Assembly (NCBI GenBank): GCA_951812745.1
Contig: OX638327.1
Coordinates: 1,165,914-1,229,913 of the forward strand
Length of the DNA stretch: 64,000 bases
Origin: an uncultured Nitrospirales bacterium
GTDB lineage: Bacteria; Nitrospirota; Nitrospiria; Nitrospirales; UBA8639
Reading direction: 5' to 3'
Under the pieces are notes generated by a model. That model was not told the origin of the DNA and made no database searches. It saw nothing but the letters and a program-made list of their open reading frames with translations. Positions 39,238 to 47,797 of this stretch are shown in pieces (the stretch's first letter is position 1; each line of letters starts with the position of its first letter). Made by a program: the position numbers and the translations under genes.

Positions 39238-40273
39238 TTCAGGCCTGCATCAATATATCGATCGCGAAACCGCCAGTGTGCAAAGCGAGCAACTGTACGG
39301 GGACCGGGTCGTCAACTATCTCTACTCGGCCGTCAGGGAAAAGGCTCCGACCCTGTTTAAGGCGCTTACCTCATCGTCAATCTCTTATCTGGTCGGCCTT
39401 TGGAATTATGACGTCACCTTCGGCCCTGCGTCATCAGGGGTCTCGTCGTTCTGTCGAAAGTTGGGCATCAATCTCTCGGAATGCGTGGACAGTCCTGCGA
39501 CGTTCGATTCTCCACGTAAAGTGTTTGAACGCAAGATCCGATATTGGGAACGTCGCCCCATGGACTCCGCGGCTTCCATTCTCGTTTCGCCTGCGGATTC
39601 GAAGGTGCTTCTCGGGTCCTTGCAGACCAGTTCTCAACTGTTCTTGAAGGGGAAATTTTTCGACGTGTATGAATTGTTGGGTCAAGAAAAGGCGTTGTGG
39701 CATCGGACGTTTCAAGACGGAGATTTTGCCATCTTTCGTCTGACACCCGACGAATATCATTACAACCACTCACCGGTTTCCGGTGTGGTCGTGGATTATT
39801 ATGAAGTGGACGGCACCTATCATAGCTGCAACCCGGGTCCGATTATTTCGGTGGTCACACCTTATTCGAAAAATAAGCGGGTGGTCACCGTGATCGATAC
39901 GGACGTTCCGGGCGGGACACGTGCCGGGCTCGTCGCCATGATTGAAATCGTAGCCCTGATGATCGGCGCGATCGATCAATGCTACAGCGAACACTTTTAC
40001 GAGAACCCGCAGAAAATGGAAAAAGGTCTTTTCGTCAAAAAAGGGCAGCCGAAAAGCCTGTATCGGCCCGGGAGTTCAACCGACGTGCTTCTGTTGCAAC
40101 GCGGACGGGTCGACTTTTCTCAGGACTTGCGCCTGAACCAGCGACGGCGAGACGCCATCAGTCGATATTCATTGGGTTTTGGACGTCCGGCCGTCGAGAC
40201 GGCGGTCAAAGTTCGCTCGACCATCGGACAAGCCCTGCCCTCCATGCGCGATATGGAGACTCATGTGTCATGA
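39197..40273 (+). CDS. phosphatidylserine decarboxylase-family (pyruvoyl) enzyme, long divergent form
   Basis: FRLTPDEYHYNHSPVSG (PSD core) and YRPGSSTDVLL (G-S self-cleavage site). Overlaps the upstream ORF end. The start is uncertain (39197 or 39218). Confidence 0.7.
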   Translation: MSNVPAIMNPKLISSGLHQYIDRETASVQSEQLYGDRVVNYLYSAVREKAPTLFKALTSSSISYLVGLWNYDVTFGPASSGVSSFCRKLGINLSECVDSPATFDSPRKVFERKIRYWERRPMDSAASILVSPADSKVLLGSLQTSSQLFLKGKFFDVYELLGQEKALWHRTFQDGDFAIFRLTPDEYHYNHSPVSGVVVDYYEVDGTYHSCNPGPIISVVTPYSKNKRVVTVIDTDVPGGTRAGLVAMIEIVALMIGAIDQCYSEHFYENPQKMEKGLFVKKGQPKSLYRPGSSTDVLLLQRGRVDFSQDLRLNQRRRDAISRYSLGFGRPAVETAVKVRSTIGQALPSMRDMETHVS

Positions 40274-41361
40274 GCATTTCTGATTTGCCGCACGTCTCAA
40301 TAGACAGTCCCGGGGGATTATCTTTCCTGTTCTTGGGCATCGTCAGCCTTGCCGTGTTTTTTCTTTTTCGATGGGCCTTTGCCATCCTCCCCAGGGAACA
40401 GTGGCAAATCATGGCGGTGCTCCCGCGACACCGGGCCGACTCGAACCGATGGCACGGGCTGAACCTGACCTACTATGGATTCATCACGGCCAGTGCCGTC
40501 ACGCTGGCCGTCGGCAATGCGTTGTTTCTCCTGGGAACGATTCAGATCCCGCTTGGGGTCTCCCTGCTGTTCGTCCTCTCTCTCATGAGCCTGGCGGTTC
40601 CTGCTTCCAAAATCATCGCCAAAGTCGTCGAAAAAAAAGCGTTTACCTTCACGATCGGGGGAGCGTCCTTCACGGGCCTCGTCATGGCGCCCGTGATGGC
40701 TGTCGCGATCAATGGGATGCATCACCAGCCTGACGTGCTGCCGGTTCTTCCGGCACTCTCCGCACTGATGATCTCCTTCGCCCTTGGCGAAGGCATCGGA
40801 AGACTGGCCTGCATCAGCTATGGCTGCTGTTACGGGAAGCCGCTTTCCGCCTGTTCGCCGATCATGCAAGCGTTGTTCAAGACCCTGCACTTTCGCTTTA
40901 CAGGCGCCATCAAGAAAATTGCGTATGCCGGCAACCTCGAATCCGTTCCAGTGGTTCCCATTCAGGCCATCACGGCCATCGTCTCCACGGCGGGCTACAT
41001 CATCGGTATGGGATTGTTCCTGACGGGACGCTTTGCAGCAAGTCTTTTGGTCTCCTTGATGATCACGCAAGCCTGGCGTGCCGTCTCGGAAACCTGGCGG
41101 GCGGATTACCGGGGGACAGGATCGATTTCCATGTACCAGGTGATGTCCGTCGTCGGAATAGGTTACATGATCGCCGTCATGATGGTTGTGCCCTCTTTCC
41201 CGCTTGCTTTTCCAAACCTTCTCGTGGGGCTTCACTCTCTGTGGAACCCGACGGTGCTGCTCTTTCTTCAAAGCGCCTGGATCGGCATCTTCCTTTTTAT
41301 GGGAAGAAGCCGCATGACGGGCTCCGTGCTGTCCTTCTTTGTTCACAAAGAACATCTGTGA
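40270..41361 (+). CDS. Lgt-family (prolipoprotein diacylglyceryl transferase-like) polytopic membrane protein
   Basis: GRLACISYGCCYGKP and VPVVPIQAITAI resemble the Lgt GR.GN/C...G and P.Q..E motifs. It has about 8 TM segments. The ATG overlaps the upstream TGA (ATGA). Confidence 0.6.
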   Translation: MSISDLPHVSIDSPGGLSFLFLGIVSLAVFFLFRWAFAILPREQWQIMAVLPRHRADSNRWHGLNLTYYGFITASAVTLAVGNALFLLGTIQIPLGVSLLFVLSLMSLAVPASKIIAKVVEKKAFTFTIGGASFTGLVMAPVMAVAINGMHHQPDVLPVLPALSALMISFALGEGIGRLACISYGCCYGKPLSACSPIMQALFKTLHFRFTGAIKKIAYAGNLESVPVVPIQAITAIVSTAGYIIGMGLFLTGRFAASLLVSLMITQAWRAVSETWRADYRGTGSISMYQVMSVVGIGYMIAVMMVVPSFPLAFPNLLVGLHSLWNPTVLLFLQSAWIGIFLFMGRSRMTGSVLSFFVHKEHL

Positions 41362-42089
41362 GACACCCCGCGTTTCCGGGCACCTGTCTTCTCTGTCTCC
41401 TGCTCATCTTTTCGTGTCATCTCCCGTCGTGGAGTCAAAAGTTTTCCATTCCGGAAGGGTATCCCGAGTCCCTTCGCCAGCAACGAGACGACTTCACCGC
41501 AGCCTTGATCGAGGATCTCAAGAATCCTCAACTCTGGAAGCTGTTGTCGCACGCGTACCTGAACATGGCAGATGATCTGTTCACCGACACATCAGAAAAA
41601 ATTGAAGCGTATGACAAAGGACTGAAAGCCGCCACCCAAGCCATGACGCTTCACCCGGATGATGCCGAAACGCATTTCCTCTACGCCGCGAACCTGGGGA
41701 GCGCCACGCAATTGCGAGGCATCACGTCCGGGGCCGTCAATCTCTCGGACATCATAAAACACGTAGACCGTGCCATTGAACTCGACCCGCACCATGCCCC
41801 GTCGTTACAGATGAAGGGAGGCTTAATGGCCGAATTGCCCTGGTATCTCGGCGGCAACGCGAAACTGGCCAAAGACTATCTTCGTCGGGCCATCGAGGCG
41901 GACGGCAAGTTTACCAACGCTCGGATCATCCTGGCCAAGTTGCTCATCAAAGAAGGAGAGCTTGAGGAGGCCAAATCTCAACTCCTCGCCGTGATTCAGG
42001 CCCGAAACCCGCATTACCCCTATACATGGGAAAAACGATTTCGGCCCGAAGCGCAACGGCTCCTGGATGAGCTTCAAAATCGCCAGTAA
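41358..42089 (+). CDS. TPR-like lipoprotein
   Basis: The GTG overlaps the upstream stop (GTGA). VRHPAFPGTCLLCLLLIFSC is lipobox-like, followed by helical TPR-like repeats. Confidence 0.6.
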   Translation: MRHPAFPGTCLLCLLLIFSCHLPSWSQKFSIPEGYPESLRQQRDDFTAALIEDLKNPQLWKLLSHAYLNMADDLFTDTSEKIEAYDKGLKAATQAMTLHPDDAETHFLYAANLGSATQLRGITSGAVNLSDIIKHVDRAIELDPHHAPSLQMKGGLMAELPWYLGGNAKLAKDYLRRAIEADGKFTNARIILAKLLIKEGELEEAKSQLLAVIQARNPHYPYTWEKRFRPEAQRLLDELQNRQ

Positions 42090-42172
42090 ATACTTGCGCG
42101 CAATTTCCCTTTGTCTTCTCCAGACCGTCGTGCTAATCTTTTAGTTTCAACCCTCGCTAAATATTCCAAGGT

Positions 42173-43621
42173 ATGAACTGCGTTGTACGGCAAACGCTGG
42201 AGCGGGAAGTCAAGCTCAAGACGGGGCACACGTTTCGCCTGCCCCATTTTCCGGGTGAGCCGCTTCCTCCTCGGCTGTTGACCTCCACCTACTTCGATAC
42301 CGTTGATTTCAGGCTGGCCCGGCTTGGGGTCACACTCAGTCGCAGGACCGAACAGAAACACGTCTTATGGCAACTGAAACTTCCGAGACCGCCAGCCCGG
42401 TTGGACGTGGAGATGGCTTCCGGTTGCTCGACCCCGCCGGCAGCGCTGGAGGAACTCCTGTTCGGCCTGTTACGACGTGAACCATTGACGGCCATTGCGA
42501 AACTCCAGATACGTCGTGCCGGCATCAGGATTCAACCTCTTGACAGACCCATCGCCGACGTGGTCATCGACCGCGTCAGGATTTTCAGCGCCCGTCGAGT
42601 GGTGGGTCATCTGAGCGAGATTGAAGTAGCACTCCGCTCAGGCAAGGAAAAAGAACTCGCTGCAATCGTGACCGCCCTTCGTGAAGCCGGCGCATCCGAC
42701 GGAGATTCCCGCCCGAAAGTGTTTCAAGCCTTAAACCTGAATTTTTCGCATCCCTGTCTTCCCGAATCGGCGCCCTTCCCGGAACGCCTCAAATCCATCC
42801 TGCAAAAACAACTCCGGGACATCCTGCTGCACGACCCCGGAACGCGGTTCGGCCAAGACCCGGAAGAACTCCACCAGATGCGCGTCGGGATCAGAAGGTT
42901 TCGAGCACTCCTGCGGGCGTCGAGAGTCTTACTGGAGCCGGAATGGTATGCGTCCCTGCAAGAGGAACTCCGGTGGCTGGGCGCGATGCTGGGAACCGTT
43001 CGGGACCAGGACGTCCTGCTCGAGCAACTGTATATGGAAGCCCGCGTCCTTCCCCCAGCCGAACGAAAAATGTTCGAACGATTGTTGGCCACGTTTGAAA
43101 CCCATCGTTCCCAAGCCCGCCTGCAACTACTCGACGCCCTTCGCAGCGATCGCTATCTGGATCTCTTGGGCCGCCTCGAACGAGCCGCCCAAACCCCGGC
43201 CTTGCGTGACGCGCCCGAGAGTTCTCTGATGCACCTGGCTGCTCAAGAATTCAAAGATCTGGTCAAAGCCGGCAAGCGTGGGACCGCCGACCCCTCGGAT
43301 CACGAATTGCATCAACTGAGAATTCGCACCAAACGCACGCGATATGCCGCCGAACTCGCCCTCGAAACCATGGGAAAATCCGCCATACGGTTCGTCCGCC
43401 AAACCAAACGAAACCAGGATATCCTGGGTGACCACCAGAACGCCGTCGTCACGGAGGAACGACTCCGGCAATTGCTCCTGACGACCCGAGGCGTGAAGAC
43501 CGCGTTTGCCATCGGACAGATCGTCGAGCGACTGCGGGCTCGCCGGCGCCGGACGAAAGTGATTTTTCCCCGAGAATGGGCGAAACTCAAAAAGCGAGGC
43601 CGCGAGGTCTTTGCCCTATGA
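42173..43621 (+). CDS. CYTH (triphosphate tunnel) + CHAD domain protein
   Basis: N-terminal EREVKL...YFDT (CYTH); C-terminal HQMRVGIRRFRALLR...HELHQLRIRTKRTRYAAE (CHAD histidine/arginine helices). Confidence 0.85.
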   Translation: MNCVVRQTLEREVKLKTGHTFRLPHFPGEPLPPRLLTSTYFDTVDFRLARLGVTLSRRTEQKHVLWQLKLPRPPARLDVEMASGCSTPPAALEELLFGLLRREPLTAIAKLQIRRAGIRIQPLDRPIADVVIDRVRIFSARRVVGHLSEIEVALRSGKEKELAAIVTALREAGASDGDSRPKVFQALNLNFSHPCLPESAPFPERLKSILQKQLRDILLHDPGTRFGQDPEELHQMRVGIRRFRALLRASRVLLEPEWYASLQEELRWLGAMLGTVRDQDVLLEQLYMEARVLPPAERKMFERLLATFETHRSQARLQLLDALRSDRYLDLLGRLERAAQTPALRDAPESSLMHLAAQEFKDLVKAGKRGTADPSDHELHQLRIRTKRTRYAAELALETMGKSAIRFVRQTKRNQDILGDHQNAVVTEERLRQLLLTTRGVKTAFAIGQIVERLRARRRRTKVIFPREWAKLKKRGREVFAL

Positions 43622-43637
43622 GGTGTCTGAGTCTACT

Positions 43638-43709
43638 GTCGGGTTATGCTACGCTAACCCGACCTACCCGACACCCTCTCCCCCTGGGAGAGGGTTGGGG
43701 TGAGGGAGG
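43638..43709. repeat. REP family A + family B
   Basis: gtcgggttatgctacgctaacccgacctac...caccctctccccctgggagagggttggggtgagggagg. Confidence 0.9.
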
Positions 43710-43721
43710 AATGGTCTACAC

Positions 43722-45929
43722 ATGAGTGAACACGGACACGTCAGGCGTGCATGGCGCAATGAAGCCGAGGGCACAACCATGGCTATCGGTTCCGCTGAGA
43801 CCAACGCCCCGGCCGATTCTTTGACGTCCGACCTTGACGATCCCAAGCTGTATTTGAATCGTGAGCTCAGTTGGCTCCAATTCAACGCCCGAGTCCTCGA
43901 GGAAGCAGAAGATCACGGCAACCCGCTGTTGGAACGGGTGAAGTTTCTGTCGATCTTTTCGAGCAACCTGGATGAGTTTTTCATGATTCGGATATCGGGA
44001 TTGAGAGAACAATTGTCCGGTGGAGTGCGAGAGGGCCCGCCGGACGGCATGACCACCTCGGAACAGTTAGCGGCCGTTCGGCAGGAAGTCCTGTGTCAAC
44101 TGGCCCGTTTTTCGGACTGCTGGCGGAACGATATCCTGCCAAAGCTCAACGCCCAGGACGTGTACGTGCTTCGCTACCATCAACTGCAACCGAAACAACA
44201 ACACTTACTCCGCGGGTATTTTTCCAAAGAAATCTTTCCGGCGCTCACTCCCTTGGCCTTCGATCCGTCCCATCCCTTCCCTCATATTTCCAACTTGAGT
44301 TTGAATCTGGCCGTCGTGGGGCAGGATCCCGAGCGAGGCGAATGTTTCGCCCGCGTGAAAATTCCCAATATTTTTCCGCGTCTCGTCCGCATCCCCAACG
44401 AAGACATGGTCAACGAGGCGGACCAATTCGGCTTGCCCGACTCGGGAGCCGACAACTTCGTCTGGATCGAAGACGTGGTCGCCGCCAATCTCGACCTCCT
44501 GTTTCCGGGGATCACCATTCTCGCCGCCTACCTCTTTCGGGTGACGCGCGACGCCGATTTCGAAATCGAGGAAGACGAGGCAGCCGACCTGTTGGCTTCG
44601 ATTGAAGAACAGGTGGACAACCGTCACTTCGGCTCGGTGATCCGGCTGGAAATCGACCAGGCGACGCCGGATCACATCCGGGACATTCTGATCAGGAATC
44701 TCTCGTTGGCTCCGTACCAGGTCTATACGCAGGATCTTCCGCTCGGTCTGTCCAGCCTTATGGAGTTGACGCGCATCGATCTTTCGGAGTTGAAATATCC
44801 GCCGTTCGTTCCGGAGATCCCGGATTCCCTCAACAAGAAGGAAAGCCTGTTCTCGGTCATCCGGCGTGGCGACGTCGTGCTGTACCATCCCTACGACAGT
44901 TTCACTCCGGTCGTCGATTTCGTGCGCGAGGCGGCAAGCGATCCCCACGTGCTGGCCATCAAACAGACCCTCTATCGAGTGGGAGCCAATTCCCCGATCG
45001 TGGAGGCGTTAATGGAAGCGAGAGTGAACGGGAAACAGGTCGCGGTCCTGCTGGAGCTGAAGGCGCGCTTCGATGAAGAAAACAACATCGAATGGGCCCG
45101 GAAACTGGAGGATGAAGGCATCCACGTGGTCTATGGGGTCTTTGGGCTGAAAACCCACGCCAAGATGTGCCTGGTCATCCGGCGCGACGAGGACAGCATC
45201 CGGCGGTACGTCCACCTGGGCACGGGTAATTACAATCCGGTGACAAGCCGGATGTATACCGACCTGAGTTTCTTGACCTGCGACCCGGCCACGGGCGCGG
45301 ACGTGGCCGATCTCTTCAACTCGTTAACCGGCTACTCCCGGAAGAATTTCTATGCCAAACTGCTCGTGGCGCCCCAATTGATGCGGGAACAAATTCTGGA
45401 GCGAATCGAGCGGGAGATTCAGCGGCACAAGGAAAAGGGAGACGGATACCTGGCGTTCAAGATGAACGCCCTCGTGGACACACAATGCATTCAAGCGCTC
45501 TATCGGGCATCCCAAGCCGGCGTCAAAATCGACCTCCAGATTCGAGGGGTCTGCGGGCTTCGTCCGGGAATTCCCGGAATCAGTGAAACCATCGCCGTGA
45601 CCTCGGTCGTCGGACGATTCCTGGAACACGCACGGCTCTATTATTTCCGCAATGGCGGGCAGGAAGAACTGTTTCTCGGCAGCGCCGACCTCATGCCCCG
45701 CAACCTGGATCGGCGCGTGGAACTCCTGTTCCCGATCGAGTCCCCGCACCTTCGCAAAATCCTTGTCGACGATCTCCTGCAAGTGGCGCTTCACGACAAC
45801 GTCAAGACCCGCCAATTGCTGTCGAACGGGCAATATACCCGTCTCCAGCTCGTACCCGAGCATGCCCCCCTCAGCTCTCAAGAATGGTTTCTGGAAAATT
45901 GGAAAGGCCGCGGCGCGGGCGCCTTGTAG
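43722..45929 (+). CDS. ppk: polyphosphate kinase 1
   Basis: YLNRELSWLQFNARVLEEA...FMIRISGL...two PLD-like HKD regions (GLKTHAKMCLV; RFLEHARLYYF). Start is 43722 or 43779. Confidence 0.95.
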   Translation: MSEHGHVRRAWRNEAEGTTMAIGSAETNAPADSLTSDLDDPKLYLNRELSWLQFNARVLEEAEDHGNPLLERVKFLSIFSSNLDEFFMIRISGLREQLSGGVREGPPDGMTTSEQLAAVRQEVLCQLARFSDCWRNDILPKLNAQDVYVLRYHQLQPKQQHLLRGYFSKEIFPALTPLAFDPSHPFPHISNLSLNLAVVGQDPERGECFARVKIPNIFPRLVRIPNEDMVNEADQFGLPDSGADNFVWIEDVVAANLDLLFPGITILAAYLFRVTRDADFEIEEDEAADLLASIEEQVDNRHFGSVIRLEIDQATPDHIRDILIRNLSLAPYQVYTQDLPLGLSSLMELTRIDLSELKYPPFVPEIPDSLNKKESLFSVIRRGDVVLYHPYDSFTPVVDFVREAASDPHVLAIKQTLYRVGANSPIVEALMEARVNGKQVAVLLELKARFDEENNIEWARKLEDEGIHVVYGVFGLKTHAKMCLVIRRDEDSIRRYVHLGTGNYNPVTSRMYTDLSFLTCDPATGADVADLFNSLTGYSRKNFYAKLLVAPQLMREQILERIEREIQRHKEKGDGYLAFKMNALVDTQCIQALYRASQAGVKIDLQIRGVCGLRPGIPGISETIAVTSVVGRFLEHARLYYFRNGGQEELFLGSADLMPRNLDRRVELLFPIESPHLRKILVDDLLQVALHDNVKTRQLLSNGQYTRLQLVPEHAPLSSQEWFLENWKGRGAGAL

Positions 45930-46027
45930 CCGGCTTAGGGTCCATTTTGGATCATTTTATGTCCATGAAGCATCCATTAATGCTCTTTATGTCATCATCA
46001 TGGCATTTTCTGTCGCTCTGAGACCCC

Positions 46028-46170
46028 GTAGGTCGGATGAGCGGAGCGCAATCCGACACTCCCGCCTTTCTTCTGTCATCCCCGACCCCGATCGGGGATG
46101 ACAGGAAGGAAAGAGGCTGGACTTTGTGGGATGATGCTGTGCCTGTCCTGAGCGTAGTCGAAGGGCTCAT
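46028..46170. repeat. cluster of REP elements (family A variant, gatgacagg hairpin, family C)
   Basis: gtaggtcggatgagcggagcgcaatccgac; tgtcatccccgaccccgatcggggatgaca; cctgtcctgagcgtagtcgaaggg. Confidence 0.85.
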
Positions 46171-46201
46171 CCGACCGACTCCGACTTCTTCGGGGAGTCA
46201 T

Positions 46202-46462
46202 TTATGCAGCTTCCTTGCGGGCCATATAGAGTTCCCATTTCGCTTGCATTGTAACCCAGAATTCGGCACTGATACCGAAGACTTCTTCAAGCTGAAGGGC
46301 AAAATCCGCAGAAATTCCTCTCCTGTTATTACAAATTTCAGAGATCTTTCTTTCTGCACAGCCAATTTTTTTAGCTAACCATTTTTGGGTCAACCCTCTT
46401 TCTTCCAGCACCATTGTTTTTAAAAAATCGCCTGGCGAATATCTGATTTTCAGTTCAACCAT
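46202..46462 (-). CDS. higA: HigA-family HTH antitoxin
   Basis: SPGDFLKTMVLEERGLTQKWLAKKIGCAERKISEICNNRRGISADFALQLEEVFGISAEFW. Confidence 0.85.
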   Translation of the reverse strand: MVELKIRYSPGDFLKTMVLEERGLTQKWLAKKIGCAERKISEICNNRRGISADFALQLEEVFGISAEFWVTMQAKWELYMARKEAA

Positions 46463-46496
46463 AAGCCGGTCCCTTTTTTGTTTATTTCATTGAAAG

Positions 46497-46799
46497 TTAA
46501 TCATGGTAATCTTTAATCTCAACGTTGACAAACTCACCTTGCTGATACTTAAAAATAATACACCAAGGCTTTTCTATCGTGATTGACCAAAAATCTTTCA
46601 TGTTCCCCTTTAGCTTGTGTAATTTTAAAGTGGGGGGTTCGCAAATTCTTCTTAAATCATCAAAATTCGATACATCACTCAACGCTTGCAGAAGCAAAAC
46701 GGCTCTCTTGTTGATTCGGTCGTGAAACTTCCTATAAGCACCTTTGTTAACAATATCTTTGACAATTTTACCTTTAACCGAGTTTATCATTGTTTCCAT
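46497..46799 (-). CDS. higB: HigB-family (RelE/ParE-fold) toxin
   Basis: ...LHKLKGNMKDFWSITIEKPWCIIFKYQQGEFVNVEIKDYH. Markedly AT-rich. Confidence 0.85.
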   Translation of the reverse strand: METMINSVKGKIVKDIVNKGAYRKFHDRINKRAVLLLQALSDVSNFDDLRRICEPPTLKLHKLKGNMKDFWSITIEKPWCIIFKYQQGEFVNVEIKDYHD

Positions 46800-46865
46800 A
46801 TTGCCACATTCTGTAAATATGTCAAGATGAATGTCTCAGACGGAGGCGATTTTGACGACAGGACT

Positions 46866-47095
46866 CCGGATTCCCGCTAAGATCCCCGATTAAGAACGTC
46901 GGGGACAAGCGTCGAGGATGACAGGAGGGGAGGATCAGGGATGACAGGAAGGAAAAGCAGCTCCGTAGGTCAGGTTAGCTGAGGTTGTCGGATTACGCTG
47001 CGCTAATCCGACCTACGCGGACTACATGACTCTCTCCCCGGGTGGGAGAGCCTGTCCTGAGCTTGTCGAAGGGGGTAGGGTGAGGGGGAAGGACG
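46866..47095. repeat. cluster of REP elements (families A, B, C and gatgacagg type)
   Basis: gtaggtcaggttagc...gtcggattacgctgcgctaatccgacctac...ctccccgggtgggagagcctgtcctgagcttgtcgaagggggtagggtgaggggg. Confidence 0.85.
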
Positions 47096-47096
47096 T

Positions 47097-47765
47097 TTAG
47101 CCTTCTTGCGGGGGGATGGTATGGCGGATGATTTTTCCTTCGACCAGGTACACCACCAGTTCCGCGACGTTCGTCGCGTGGTCGGCAAGCCGTTCAATGT
47201 ACTTGGCGATAAAGGAGAGCCGGATGGCCCGGCTGATCGTCTTGGGATTTTCCATCATGAAAGACAAGAGTTCCCGGAACAACTGTTCCGTCAGATTATC
47301 GACGAAATCATCATCCTGAATGACTTTCCGGGCCAATGCCGAATCCATTTTGACAAAGGCGTCCAACGATTCTTTGACCATGATGCGGGCGCGCTCGGCC
47401 ATGTGAGGAATGTCGATATAGGGCTTCAACTGGGGCTCTTCGTTGAGTTCGATCGCCCGCTCGCAGATATTTTCCGCCAAGTCGCTCATCCGCTCCAATT
47501 CAGTGGAAATTTTCATGGCGGTGGTCACAAAGCGTAGATCCCTGGCAACGGGCTGATACCGGACCAACGCGTCGAGCGCCATCTCGTCGATTTCCACGTC
47601 GAACGTATTCACCTTGTGATCGTTCTCGATGACCCGCTGCGCCAGGGCTTCGTCACGTTCAACCAACGCAGTCAGGGCGTTCCTGATCTGCTCCTCGACC
47701 AGGGAGCCCATCATGAGAATTTTGCTTTTGATCCTGTCGAATTCTTCTTCGAAGTGACGTTCCAT
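47097..47765 (-). CDS. phoU: phosphate signalling complex protein PhoU
   Basis: Two PhoU repeats: ...D..VD....E..CL..LA...P.A.DLR pattern, e.g. VARDLRFVTTAMKISTELERMSD. Confidence 0.95.
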   Translation of the reverse strand: MERHFEEEFDRIKSKILMMGSLVEEQIRNALTALVERDEALAQRVIENDHKVNTFDVEIDEMALDALVRYQPVARDLRFVTTAMKISTELERMSDLAENICERAIELNEEPQLKPYIDIPHMAERARIMVKESLDAFVKMDSALARKVIQDDDFVDNLTEQLFRELLSFMMENPKTISRAIRLSFIAKYIERLADHATNVAELVVYLVEGKIIRHTIPPQEG

Positions 47766-47797
47766 TTCTTCTCATTTCCCCTTAAAAACGAGTCATA

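Noticed and set aside
39979-40269. N-terminal 97 codons of the 460-aa ORF-track protein
   Set aside because: This part overlaps the PSD-like gene in another frame and is R/P-rich. The ATG at 40270 overlaps the upstream stop (ATGA) and is followed immediately by membrane-protein sequence.
42090-42172. Possible Pho box upstream of the CYTH-CHAD gene
   Set aside because: A TAAATA -10-like hexamer is present, but the in-phase upstream hexamers (agtttc and so on) do not match the xTAAC/xAAAC pattern. The gene is probably read through from the upstream operon.
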